A DNA stretch of 61,867 bases, counting the filler, from Chiloscyllium plagiosum (taxonomy: Eukaryota), in NCBI RefSeq assembly GCF_004010195.1. It is 4 parts of one record of this genome, joined end to end, with 100 filler letters (N's around TTAATTAATTAA, not from the genome) between each part and the next. Parts side by side here need not be neighbours in the genome. Positions count along the whole stretch, not along the records: positions 34,289 to 58,464 come from NC_057713.1; positions 58,565 to 61,867 come from NC_057713.1; 2 more parts are not named here. The stretch is one strand, 5' to 3'. The position numbers were made by a program, and so were the translations under genes. How positions within the stretch are numbered: position 1 is the stretch's first letter; every line of letters begins with the position of its first letter. Shown here piece by piece: positions 49,873-61,867 of this stretch. Under the pieces are notes generated by a model. That model searched no databases. It was not told where the DNA came from and was given only the letters and a program-made list of their open reading frames with translations.

Positions 49873-52800
49873 GGGAGGCGAAGGTCTAGGGGTATAATCG
49901 CTCGACTGTTAACCCAGAAACCTGGAATAATGTTCTGGGACGTGGGTTTGAATCCCGCCACAGTCAGCTGGTGGAATTTGAATTCCATATTTTTAAAAAA
50001 TCTGAAATTTAAGAGTTGACTGATGACCATGAAACCATTGTCAATTGTCAAAAAAACCATCTGGTTCACTAATGCCCTTTAGGGAAAGAAATCTGCCATC
50101 CTTACCTGGTCTGGCTACATGTGACTCCAGAGCCACAGTAATGTGGTTGACTCTCAACTGCTCTCTGAAATGTATCAATCGCTACATTGACCATGGAACT
50201 GGAAAAGATAACAGCAAAAACACAAACAGCCCTTTTGACCATGCAAAGACCTCTCTACCAACATCTGGGGATTATTGCCAAAATTGGGAGAGCTGTCTCG
50301 CAGACTTGTCAAGCAACAGTCTGACAGTCATTCTTACGGAATCATACCTTACAGATAACACCCCAGACAGACCCAGCAGATGTGGTGGCATGGTGGTATA
50401 CAGATGGGAGGGAGTTGCCCTGGGAGTCCTTGACATGGTTAAACATGGGCAAAGAAACATCTTACTGGTTACTATGTATCATCTTCAGCTGATGAGTCAT
50501 TACTCCTCCATGAACAACACTTGGAGGAACCACTGAAGGTGGCAAGGGCGCAAAATGTCCTCTGGGTGGGGGATTTCAATGTCCAAGAGTGGCTCAGCAG
50601 CAGCATTACTGATTAAGCTGGTCAGGCCCTAAAGGACATAACTGCTAGACTGGGTCTGTGGCAGGTAGTGAAGGAACCAAAAAAAGGAAAAATATGCTTG
50701 ACTTCATCTTTACTAATCTGCAGGCTGCAGAAGCATCTGCCCATGACAGTATAGGCAAAAGTGACCACTGCACTGTTCTTGTGGAGACAAAGTCCTGCCT
50801 TCACATTGAAAATAACCTCCATCATGCTGTGTGGCACTATCACCGTGCTAAACGGGACAGACTTCGAACCAATCTAGCAACTCAAGACTAGACATCAATG
50901 TGGCACTGTGGGCCATCAACAGTAGCAGAACTGTACTCCAGCACAATCTGCATCCTCATGGCCTGACATACTCCCCACTCAGCCATTACGATCAAGCTAG
51001 GGGATTTAACTTGATTCAATGGAGAGTGTAGGATGGCTGCTAGGAGCAGCATCAGGCATACCTAAAAATGAGGCATCAACTTGGTGAAGCTACCAAACAG
51101 AACTACTTACATATCAAGTGGCATAAACAGCAAGTGATAGACAGAGCTAAGTAATTCCACAACCAACAGATCAGTTCTAAGCTCTGCAGTCCTTCCACAC
51201 CCAGTCGTGTATGGTAGTGGACAATTAAACAACTCACTGGAGGAGGAGGGTCCACAAATGTTCCCATCCTCAATGATGGAGGAGCCCAGAACATCAGTGC
51301 AAAAGATAAGCCTGATGCATAAGCAACCATCTTCAGTCAGAAGTGCCAAGTGGATGATCCATTTCAGGCTCCTCCAGTGGTCCCCAGCATTACAGATACC
51401 AGTCTCCAGCCAATTCGATTCACTCAACGTGATATCAAGAAACAGCTGGAGGCACTGGATACTGCAAAAGCATTTGGTGCTGATAACATGTCAGCAATAT
51501 TACTGAAGACGTATGCTCCAGAACTTGCCACTCCCCTAGCCAAGCTCTTCCAGTACAGTTACAACCCTGGCATCTACCCGACAATATGGAAGATTGTCCG
51601 GGTGTGTCCTGTACACAAAAAGCAGGTCAAATCCAACCCAGCCAATTACCGTTCAATCAGTCTACTCTCCATCATTGGTAAAGTGATGGAAGGGATCGTC
51701 AACAGTGCTATCAAGCAACAACGTGCTCAGTGATGCCCAGTTTGGGTTTAGCCTGGGTCACTCAGCTCCTGATCTCATTACAACCTTGGTTCAAACATGG
51801 ACAAAAGAGCTGAATTCCAGAGGTGAGGTGAGAGTGACAGCCCTTGACATCAAGGCCACTTTTGACCAAGTATGACATAGACAATAGACAATAGACAATA
51901 GGTGCAGGAGTAGGCCATTCAGCCCTTTGAGCCTGCACCGCCATTCAATATGATCATGGCTGATCATTCCTAATCAGTATCCTGTTCCTGTCTTATCTCC
52001 GTAACCCTTGATTCCACTATCTTTGAGAGCTCTATCCAACTCTTTCTTAAATGGATCCAGAGACTGGGCCTCCACTGCCCTCTGGGGCAGAGCATTCCAC
52101 ACAGCCACCACTCTCTGGGTGAAGAAGTTTCTCCTCATCTCTGTCCTAAATGGTCTACCCCATATTTTTAAGCTGTGTCCTCTGGTTCGGCACTCACCCA
52201 TCAGCGGAAACATGTTTCCTGCTGCCAGAGTGTCCAATCCTTTCATTATCTTATATGTCTCAATCAGATCCCCTCTCATCAAGGAGCCCTGGCAAAACTG
52301 AACTCAAAGAGTATCGGGAGCAAACACTCTATTGGTTAGTCATTCTTGGAAGGGAAGATCGTTGTGGTTGTGGATGGTCAGTCATCTCAGCTCCAGGGCA
52401 TCTCTGCAGGAGTCCCTTAGGGTAGTGTCCGAGACCCAACAATCTTCAGCTGCTTCTTTAAATGACCTTCCCTCTGTCTTAAGATCAGAAGTGGGGATTT
52501 TTGCCAATGATTGCACAATGTTCAGTACCATTCGCATCTCCTCAGATACTGAAGCAGTCCATGCTCAAATGCAACAAGATCTGGACAATATCCAGGGTTG
52601 GGCCAACAAGTGGCAAGTAACATTTACGCAACACAAATGTCAGACAATGACCATCATTAATAAGAGACACTCGAACCACCGCCCATTGACATTCAACAGT
52701 ATTATCATCACTGAATCCCCACTATCAACATCTTTGAGGTTACCTTTGACAGAAACTCAACTGGATTCACCATATAAACATAGTGGCTACAAGAGCAGGT

Positions 52801-53390
52801 CATAGACTAGGGATACTAAGGCAAGTAACTCACCTCCTGACACCCCAAAGTTTATTCACTATCTACAAGGCACAAGTCAGGGGTGTGATGGAATACTCCC
52901 CACTTGCCTGGATGGGTGCAGCTCCAACAACACTGAAGCTTGACATCAGCCAGGACAAAGCAACCTGCTTGATTGGCACCACATCTACAAACATTCAATC
53001 CCTCCACCATAGGTGCTCAGCAGCAGCTGTGTGTACTACATACAAGATACACTGCAGAAATTCACCAAAGATCCTTAGACAGCATCTTCTAAACCCACGA
53101 CCACTTCCATGTAGAAGGACAAGGGCTGCAGGTACTTGGGAACACCACCACCTGCAAGTTCCCCTCCAAGCTACTCTGACCTGACTTGAAAATATACCGC
53201 CGTTCCTTCACAGCTGTTGGGTCACAATCCTGAATTCCCTCCCTATCGACATTGTGGGTCAACCCACAGCAAGTGGACTGCAGCGATTCAAGAAGGCAGC
53301 TCACCACCACCTTCTCAAGGGCAATTAGGGATGGGCTATCAATGCTGGCCAGCCAGCGACACACAAGTCCCACAGATGAATTTAAAAAAG
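49873..53390 (+). mobile_element. Near full-length LINE-B (tRNA-like head, APE + RT, decayed)
   Basis: VILTESYL; WVGDFNV; KSDH; PANYRSISLLS; FANDC (FADD motif); MEYSPLAW; A-rich tail. Confidence 0.9.
51877..52279 (-). mobile_element. Young CR1 3' fragment inserted in LINE-B
   Basis: RGDLIETYKIMKG...RTRGHSLK...RNFFTQRVV; (TATTGTC)n tail. Confidence 0.93.
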
Positions 53391-54492
53391 AACTATTTTC
53401 ATGAATCTTTTCTGCACTCTCTCAAATACCTCCACACTCTTTCTGAAGTGCGGTGCCACTGTTAAAACTGTATTGTTGAAACTATGCTTTTCCAGGGAAG
53501 CCAACTTACCCAAAATAACGTCAATCAATCAGCTTGATGGAGGTTTGAGGACTTCATGCCTTTTCATTGGTCTCAAAATGCCTCTTCAGAATGCTTTAGA
53601 GATCAGCATAAAAAATGTTTTTTATTGCTCGAAGTTCAGAAAGCCCTTATCGTGATGCATGTTTGGCATAATGAGTCCAGTGGGGTAATGGCGATAAAAT
53701 ATTTGGGATGTTCAACATACACTTGAATGCTTTAATGTACGACTTAAGGTACTGGAGGGATGGAAGTCAATGGGCTAGAAAGATTTTTACAGAGCCTTAG
53801 CTTTTTTTCATTGTATACTAAGTCTTTCAATGAGGCTTCAGTATAGATCCAAAGCAGCATTCTCTTTACCAGAAACTACATGTATGCACAGTTAAAATTC
53901 ATTTTCCTGAAATAAATTCACCAGCATTTCCATACAACATTAACTGTTTTATCTCTAAGACACCATATTTCTGCCTTTTTAACATTTACTCTGTTTAATT
54001 GGATGTCTTCATTTTTGAGGGGGAAAGGAAGGACAAATTTTTCAATCTCATTTTCTTCACTTTGTAGCATCACAAGTTGAGGGATATTTGCTGGTTGTAC
54101 AGTGAGAGATGCGATCACTCTGGATTTAAGGGACCTTGCGGAGGAACTGCTTCTTGTCAGTATTCAAGTAAATGAAAGGGATGGGAGGATTGGGCATAAT
54201 GTGGGAGAGGGTATATATAGTAGAACCGAAGCCTACGAGTCTGGAGAATCACTCCTGCTCCACCTGGTCCCAAAGGAGCCTGAATAAAATGTTAAAATCT
54301 CTGGCCTGGATGTTCTTCAATCCTCAATCCACTTTCCTGTCAAGTCCAGCCTGACATCAGCTCTTCTGCTCAAGGCTCGAATCGAAATTGCTGATCATGT
54401 CTTGTTGGAATCAGGGAGACCAAGATTCCCTCAAGTCACATACAGTCCTGAGTTAAATGTGTATCACTGTTTGTTCAATAGAAAATTTAAAC

Positions 54493-54835
54493 ATAGAATC
54501 CCTACCATGCAGAAAGTGGCCATTCAGCCCATCAAGACCTAATGATGATCCAGAGAGCATCCCACCCAGAGCCAGTTCGACCCCCGCCCTAATCCTGCAA
54601 CCCTGCAGTTACCATAGTTAACCCAGCTAGTCTGCACATCCCTGGACACTATTGGGAGGTCGAGCATGGCTAATCCACCTAACAAGCACAATTTTGAACT
54701 GTGGGAGGAAACTGGAGTACCAGGCAGAAACCCATGCAGACACAGGGAGAATGGCCGGCACTCAAAACTGCAATTGAACCTGGGTCCCTGGCACTGTAAG
54801 ACAGCAGTGCTAACCACTGAGCCACTGTGGCACCC
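54493..54835 (-). mobile_element. HE1-type SINE
   Basis: Head gggtgccacagtggctcagtggttagc on the minus strand. Confidence 0.88.
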
Positions 54836-54929
54836 GTTTTGCTTCCGGAGAGCACTGTATGACAGGATACTGTATCACTAATCAAAATTGAAGAATTCCT
54901 AAAATTACAGCGTTATGGAAGCATCTTCA

Positions 54930-55265
54930 CTCTAGTAGAGATAGTAGCATATTGTCACTGGGCTTGCAATTCTGTTGATGTCCTTGGGACACAGTTCGAA
55001 ATGCCACTGTGACTAAATTTGGATTATATGCCTGAAATGTTGACTCTTCTGCTCCTCAGATGCTGCCTGACCTGCTGTGCATTTCCAGCACCACACTTTT
55101 CGACTCTAATAAAATGTGAAAGCTAGTCTTGGTAATGGTGACTACAAAATTATCAGCAATTGTCTTAAAAACTCATCTGGTTTACAAATGTTCTTTAAAG
55201 AATGCAATCTGCCATTTTCTCCTGGTTTGGCCTACATTTGACTCCTTAGCATTGCAGTTGACATA
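54930..55265 (+). mobile_element. Old LINE-B-related SINE with a Penelope pLTR insert (~55025-55105)
   Basis: gttcgaaatgcc B-box; catctggtttacaaatg...ctggtttggcctacatttgactcc body. Confidence 0.55.
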
Positions 55266-56726
55266 TTTACCCTGCAAAAATTACGTTCACCAGCAATTGG
55301 TGATTCACCTTCCCATCATATCTGTTTTGTATGAAATGAATTAAGACAAAAATACCCACATAGACACCAAGAGGATCAAAAGGAAACCTGAAAATATTTT
55401 CTAAGAAGCATAGTGCATTAGAAGGTCTATGGTATCTTAGATTGAGGCACTGTTGAGCAGAAAATCAAATCCTTATGCTTCTGTGCACAAATTGTAAATG
55501 AGTCAAATAGCCCTGGAAGGTTTGAACCATGCTCTATGCTCAGTTGCCTTATCTTGAAACACAGAATGGGGGAGGAAAGAAGCAGCTAGAATAGCTACCA
55601 TTGATCCAAACCAGCAAATTCAACCAGAGACTGTGCATTCATTGGCATAGACAAAATTGAATGCACTTATGGTGCTCACATTGGTAAACCAGCTTGGAGG
55701 AAGCCTCCTGCTAGTGGGAAGCCTCATCTGTCTTCTGTGTACAGATGCAACTTTCGAGCTCTTACAATCAACTTCCAGAAAAATTATGGGCACTTTACTC
55801 CAATGCTTTATTTTCTGTTGATGGCCTCAGAATAAAGGGCAAGCCATTTAGGTTTAAGATGAGGAGGAATTTCTCCACACAGCTGTATTGTGAATCTTTA
55901 CTGACCTCAGTGTAAGTTTGTCTTCTCTCAGTAGATGTGCTTTCGCTTTTAGATTTCTTATTATTCCAACAATCCTGTCTCTCATTAGCTTATCCTTTAA
56001 CTGCACAAATGCACAGGTTTCTGTAAGCTATCTTAATGAGATTACATAATGCTCGATTGGACTCTTTTTCACTTTGATCCTCAGTATTGAAAGCAGACCA
56101 CTTATACATAATGTTCTCTTGGACCTCTAAGCATGACTTCAAAGATTTTTAAATTTCTGCCATGTGTTTTCCTTTCTGCTGTTAAGAGAGATTGAGGGTG
56201 GAATATACATTTTGAAACAGTTTCTTCCTGACTGTGTGAAAATGTAGCAACTTGTGCTTGATCTGGCTTGTTCTGCAAATCTGCAGCTATTGCATAATTT
56301 TGCCATTTTTCATGGAAAGATTCTCAGTTTTGCCTCACATTCCCAGTAATTTGAAAAGGAGCTCATTTATTTGAAAAGGTTTTCATTTATTTTTATATTT
56401 CTTAGGGGCAGCTCTGTAACTGTACTTTGTTTTTTTAAATATTTCACCTCTGGACAATCATTTTTTCTGACACCATATCTTGAAAGTGCGAACCAGCAGT
56501 ATGTTTCACATAAGGGCATTATTGAAGATTAAGATGTCTGCCAACAAGGTGTGTACATCATGGGAGAGGCCACATGACTGTGACAGACTAGGACAGATAT
56601 TTGTATATGATTACATTTTAATGTAAACACATGGTAGGAAATTTAGGCAGAGGAGAGTGGTGAATCCTGGTTTCGAAAGTTGGAGGCGAGTCCATATTTG
56701 CTTGGACTGCTCATCCTGCAGCTACT

Positions 56727-58336
56727 TAGAGTCATAAAGTCATAGAGATATACAGTATGGAAACAGACCCTTTGGCCCAACCTGTCCATGCTGACCAGAT
56801 ATCCCAACCCAATCTAGTCCCATCTGCCAGCACCCAGCCCATATCCCTCCAAACCCTTCCTATTCATATATCCATCCAAATGCCTCTTAAATTGCAATTG
56901 TACCAGCCCCCACCACTTCCTCTGGCAGCTCATTCCATACATGTACCACCCTCTGTGTGAAAACGTTGCCCCATGGGTCTCTTTTATATCTTTCCCCTCT
57001 CAACTGAAACCTATGCCCTCTAGTTCTGGACTCCCCGACCCCAGGGAAAAGACTTTGTCTATTAATCCTAACCATGCCCCTCATAATTTTGTAAGCCTCT
57101 ATAAGGTCACCCCTCAGCCTCCGACGCTCCAGGGAAAACAGCCTCAGCCTATTCAGCCTCTCCCTGTAGCTCAAATCCCTGGCAACATCCTTGTAAATCT
57201 TTTCAAAAATCCTTTCAAGTTTCGCAACATATTTTCAATAGGAAGGAGACCAGAATTTCACACAATATTCCAACAGTGGCCTAACCAATATCCTGTACAG
57301 CTGCAACATGACCTCCCAACTCCTGTACTCAATACTCTTGACCAATAAAGGAAAGCATAGCAAACGCCTTCTTCACTATCCTATCTACCTGTGACTCCAC
57401 TTTCAAGGAGCTATGAACCTGCACTCCAAGGTCTCATTATTCAGCAACACCCCCGAGGACCTTACCATTAAGTGTATAAATCCTGCTAAGATTTGCTTTC
57501 CCAAAATGCAGTACCTCGTATTTATCTGAATTAAACTCCATCTGCTTCTCAGCCCATTGGCCCATCTGGTCCAGATCCTGTTGTAATCTGCGGTAACCCT
57601 CTTCGTTGTCCACTACACCTCCAATTTTTGTGCCATCTGCAAACTTACTAACTGTACCTCTTATGCTCGCATCCAAATCATTTATGTAAATGACAAAAAG
57701 TAGAGGACCCAGCACCGAACCTTGTGGCACTCCACTGGTCACAGGCCTCCAGTCTGAAAACAACCCTCCACCACTACCACCCTCTTCTACCTTTGAGCCA
57801 GTTCTGTATCCAAATGGCTAGTTCTCTCTGTATTCCATGAGATTCCTTGCTAATCAGTCTCCCATGGGGAACCTTGTCGAACGCCTTACTGAAGTCCATA
57901 TAGATCACATCTACTGCTCTGCCCTCATCAATCTTCTTTTTTACTTCTTCAAAAAACTCAATCAAGTTTGTGAGACATGATTTCACACGCACAAAGCAAT
58001 GTTGACTATCCCGAATCAGTCCTTGCTTTTCCAAATACATATACATCCTGTTCTTCAGGATTCCCTCCAACAACTTGCCCATCACCAAGGTCAGGCTCAC
58101 TGGTATATAGTTCTCTGGCTGGTCTTTACCACCCTTCTTAAACAGTGGCACCACATTTGCCAACCTCCAGTCTTCCGGCACCTCACCTGTTACTATCGAT
58201 GATACAAATATCTCAGCAAGAGGCCCAGCAATCACTTCTCTGACTTCCCACAGAGTTCTTGGGTACACCTGATCAAGTCCTGGGGATTTATCCACTTTTA
58301 CCCATTTCAAGACATCTAGCACTTCCTCTTCTGTAC
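56727..58336 (-). mobile_element. CR1 LINE 3' ~1.6 kb (RT and C-terminus)
   Basis: DFSKAFDKVPH; GVPQGSVLGPLLF; SKFADGT; RRLRGDLIEAYK. Confidence 0.96.
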
Positions 58337-58464
58337 ATAGAACATAGAACATAGAACAATATAGCACAGAACAGGCCCTTTGGCCCACGATGTTGTGCCG
58401 AACATTTGTTCTAGCTTAAGCACCCATCCATGTACCTATCCAATTGCCGCTTAAAGGTCACCAA
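58337..58464 (-). mobile_element. Second CR1 3' end with (TTCTATG)n tail
   Basis: atagaac repeats; ...gggccaaagggcctgttctgtgct. Confidence 0.85.
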
Positions 58465-58564
58465 NNNNNNNNNNNNNNNNNNNNNNNNNNNNNNNNNNNN
58501 NNNNNNNNTTAATTAATTAANNNNNNNNNNNNNNNNNNNNNNNNNNNNNNNNNNNNNNNNNNNN

Positions 58565-61500
58565 CCATCGCAGGCAGAGAGATCAAGCCCAGTGCGGGGG
58601 GAGAGATTGAGCTCAGTGCGGGAGAGAGATCAGGTTCAGTGCAGAAGAGAGATTGAGCCCAGCGCAGGGAGAACGATTGAGCCCAGCGCATGGAGAGAGA
58701 TCGAGCCTCAGTGCAGGGAGAGAGATTGAGCATAGTGCAGGCGGACCGATTGAGCCCAGTGCAGGCGGACAGATTGAACCCAGCGCAGGGGGAGAGATTG
58801 AGCCTAGCGCAGGGGGAGAGATTGAGTTCAGTGAAGGGAGAGTGATTGAGCCCAGCGCAGGGGGAGAGATTGAACCCAGTGCAGGGACAGAGATTGAGCC
58901 CAACGCAGGGAGAGAGATTCAGCCCAGCACAGGGGGAGAGATTGAGCTCAGTGCAGGGGGCAAGATCAAGCTCAGTGCTGGGGGAGAAAATGAGCTCAGT
59001 GCGGGAGAGAGATCGGCACAGTGTGGGAGAGAGATCGAGCCCAGCGCAGGGAGAGAGATCGATCCCAATGCAGGGAGAGAGATTGAGCTCAGCGCAGGGA
59101 GAGAGATTGAGCCCAGCGCAGGGAGAGAGATTGAGCTCAGCGCAGGGAGAGAGACATTGAGCATGGCGCAGGGGGGGAGAGTGAGCCCAGCGCAGGGGGA
59201 GAGCTTGTGCCCAGTGCAGGGAGAGAGATTGAGCCCTGCGCAGGGGGAGAGATTGAGCCCAGCACAGGGAGAGAGATTGAAACCAGTGCAAGGGGAGAGA
59301 TTGAGCCCAGCGCAGGAAGAGTGATCGGGCTCAGTGCGGGCGAGAGATCGATCCCAATGCAGGGAGAGAGATCGAGCTCAGCGCAGGGAGAGAGATTGAG
59401 CCTAGCGCAGAGGGAGATATTTGTGCCCAGAGCAGGCAGAGAGATCAAGCCCAGCGCAGGGGGAGAGATTGAGCCCAGCGCGGGGAGAGAGGTTGAGCCC
59501 AGCGCAGGGAGGGAGATTGAGCCCAGCGCAGGGGGAGAGATTGAGCCCAGCGCGGGGAGAGAGATCAAGCCCAGTGCAAGGGGAGAGATTGAGCCCAGCG
59601 CAGGAAGTGATCGGGCTCAGTGCGGGCGAGAGATCGATCCCAATGCAGGGAGGGAGATTGAGCCCAGCGCAGGGGGAGAGATTGAGCCCAGCGCGGGGAG
59701 AGAGATCAAGCCCAGTGCAGGGGGAGAGATTGAGCCCAGCGCAGGGAGACAGATTGAGCCCAGCGTATGGGGAGGTTGAGCCCAGCGCAGAGGTAGAGAT
59801 TGTGCCCAGCGCAGGGGGAGAGATTGAGCTCAGTGCGGGGAGAGAGATTGAGCCCAGCGCAGGGAGAGAAATTGAGACCATCGCAGGGAGAGTGATTGTG
59901 CCCAGCTCAGGGAGAGAGATCGAGCTCAGCGCAGGGAGAGAGATTGAGCCCAGCCCAGGGGGAGAGATTGACCCCAGCGCAGGGAGAGAGATTGTGCCCA
60001 GCTCAGGGAGAGAGATTGAGCCCAGCGCAGGGAGAGAGATTGAGCCCAGCACAGGGAGAGAGATTGAGCCCAGCGCAGGGAGAGAGATTGGGCCCAGCGG
60101 AGGGGGGAGAGATTAAGCCCAGCGCAGGGAGAGAGATTGAGCCCAGCGCAGGGAGAGAGATTGAGCCCAGCGCAGGGAGAAGAGATTGAGTCCATCGCAG
60201 GCAGAGAGATCAAGCCCAGTGCGGGGGGAGAGATTGAGCTCAGTGCGGGAGAGAGATCAGGTTCAGTGCGGAAGAGAGATTGAGCCCAGCGCAGGGAGAA
60301 CGATTGAGCCCAACGCATGGAGAGAGATCGAGCCTCAGTGCAGGGAGAGAGATTGAGCCCAGTGCAGGCGGACAGATTGAACCCAGCGCAGGGGGAGAGA
60401 TTGAGTTCAGTGAAGGGAGAGTGATTGAACCCAGTGCAGGGGGAGAGATTGAGCCCAGCGCAGGGAGAGAGATTGAGCCCAGCGCAGGGAGGGAGATTGA
60501 GCCCAGCGCAGGGAGGGAGATTGAGCCCAGCGCAGGGAGAGAGATTGAGCCCAGCGCAGGGAGAGAGATTGACCCCAGCACAGGGAGAGAGATTGTGCCC
60601 AGCGCATGGGGAGAGATTGAGCCCAGGGCAGGGGTGGAGATTGTGCCCAGCACAGGGGGAGAGATTGAGCTCAGTGCAGGGAGAGAGATTGAGTCCAGCG
60701 CAGGGAGAGAAATTGTGCCCAGCTCAGTGAGAGAGATCAAGCCCAGCACAAGGAGAGAGATTGAGCCCAGCGCAGGGAGAGAGATTGAGCCCAGCGCAGG
60801 GGGAGAGATTGAGCCCAGCGCAGGGGGGAGAGATTGAGCCCAGCGCAGGGGGAGAGATTGTCCCCAGCGCAGGGGGAAGAGATTGTGCCCAGCGCTGGGA
60901 GAGAGATTGAGCCCAGCACAGGGGGAGAGATTGAGCCCAGCGCAGGTGGAAGAGATTGAGCCCAGCGCAGGGGGAAGAGATTGAGCCCAGAGCAGGGAGA
61001 AAGATTTAGCCCAGCACAGGGGTAGAGATTGAGTCCAGCGCAGGGAGAGTAATCGAGCCCAAAGCAGGGAGAGAGATTGAGCCCAGCGCAGGGAGAGAGA
61101 TTGAGACTAGTGCAGGGGGAGAGATTGAGCCCAGCGCATGGGGAGAGATTGTGCCCAGCTCAGGGAGAGAGATTAAGCCAAGCGCAGCGGGGAGAGATTG
61201 AGCCCAGCGCAGGGCGAGAGATTGAGCCCAGCGCAGGGAGAGAGATTGAGCCCAGCGCTGGGAGAGAGATTGAGCCCAGCACAGGGGGAGAGATTGAGCC
61301 CAGCGCAGGTGGAAGAGATTGAGCCCAGCGCAGGGGGAAAGATTGAGCCCAATGCAGGCGGACAGATTGAGCCCAGTGCAGGCGGACAGATTGAGCCCAG
61401 CGCAGGGAGAGAGATGGGCCCAGCGCAGGAGGGACACATTGAGTCCAGCGCAGGGATAGAGATTGAGCTCAGCGCAGGGAGAGAGATTGAGCCCAGCGCA

Positions 61501-61867
61501 GGGAGAGAGATGGGCCCAGCGCAGGAGGGACACATTGAGTCCAGCGCAGGGATAGAGATTGAGCTCAGCGCAGGGAGAGAGATTGAGCCCAGCGCAGGGA
61601 GAGAGATGGGCCCAGCGCAGGAGGGACACATTGAGTCCAGCGCAGGGATAGAGATTGAGCTCAGCGCAGGGAGAGAGATTGAGCCCAGCGCAGGGAGAGA
61701 GATGGGCCCAGCGCAGGAGGGACACATTGAGTCCAGCGCAGGGATAGAGATTGAGCTCAGCGCAGGGAGAGAGATTGAGCCCAGCGCAGGGAGAGAGATT
61801 GAGCCCAGCGCAGGGAGAGAGATTGAGCCCAGCGCAGGGAGAGAGATTGAGCCCAGCGCAGGGAGAG
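58565..61867. repeat. 24-bp minisatellite, consensus GAGATTGAGCCCAGCGCAGGGAGA
   Basis: Continuous array of more than 3.3 kb running off the right edge. Confidence 0.97.

Noticed and set aside
58509..61727. Long EIEPSAGR / LSPAQGER / LSPCAGLN repeat ORFs
   Set aside because: A by-product of a 24-bp unit with stop-free frames on both strands; frequent frameshifts and no gene context.
58565..61867. CRISPR-like array
   Set aside because: Contiguous tandem units with no unique spacers and no cas genes; vertebrate DNA.

Overview
Repeat-dense, apparently gene-poor vertebrate DNA. HE1-type SINEs, CR1 LINEs and Penelope elements point to an elasmobranch (shark); this is inference from the repeat families. 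No confidently identifiable host gene is present. Contents: (1) the 5' leader of an endogenous retrovirus on the minus strand (tRNA-Pro-like PBS, splice donor, Kozak/MG ORF) running off the left edge; (2) several CR1 copies, one retaining its 5' UTR and esterase ORF1; (3) a second, apparently single-ORF LINE ('LINE-B') that begins with a tRNA-like head, together with its SINE-sized derivative; (4) Neptune- and Poseidon-type Penelope fragments carrying minimal hammerhead ribozymes; (5) two solo-LTR families; (6) L1-Tx1 elements; (7) a 24-bp minisatellite at the right end. The most striking structure lies at 25966-30115. A ~220-bp LTR is split exactly at its TATA box (ATAAACAGG(A/G)G) by ~4 kb of stacked, same-orientation, poly(A)-tailed inserts: Tx1 3' ends, LTR-derived pieces and a 2.3-kb non-coding passenger. 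About 11 copies of the target motif separate them, suggesting a Tx1 family that specifically targets this LTR's promoter. N-gaps, including three 100-bp spacers containing TTAATTAATTAA, limit inferences about adjacency. Boundaries of old repeats are approximate.
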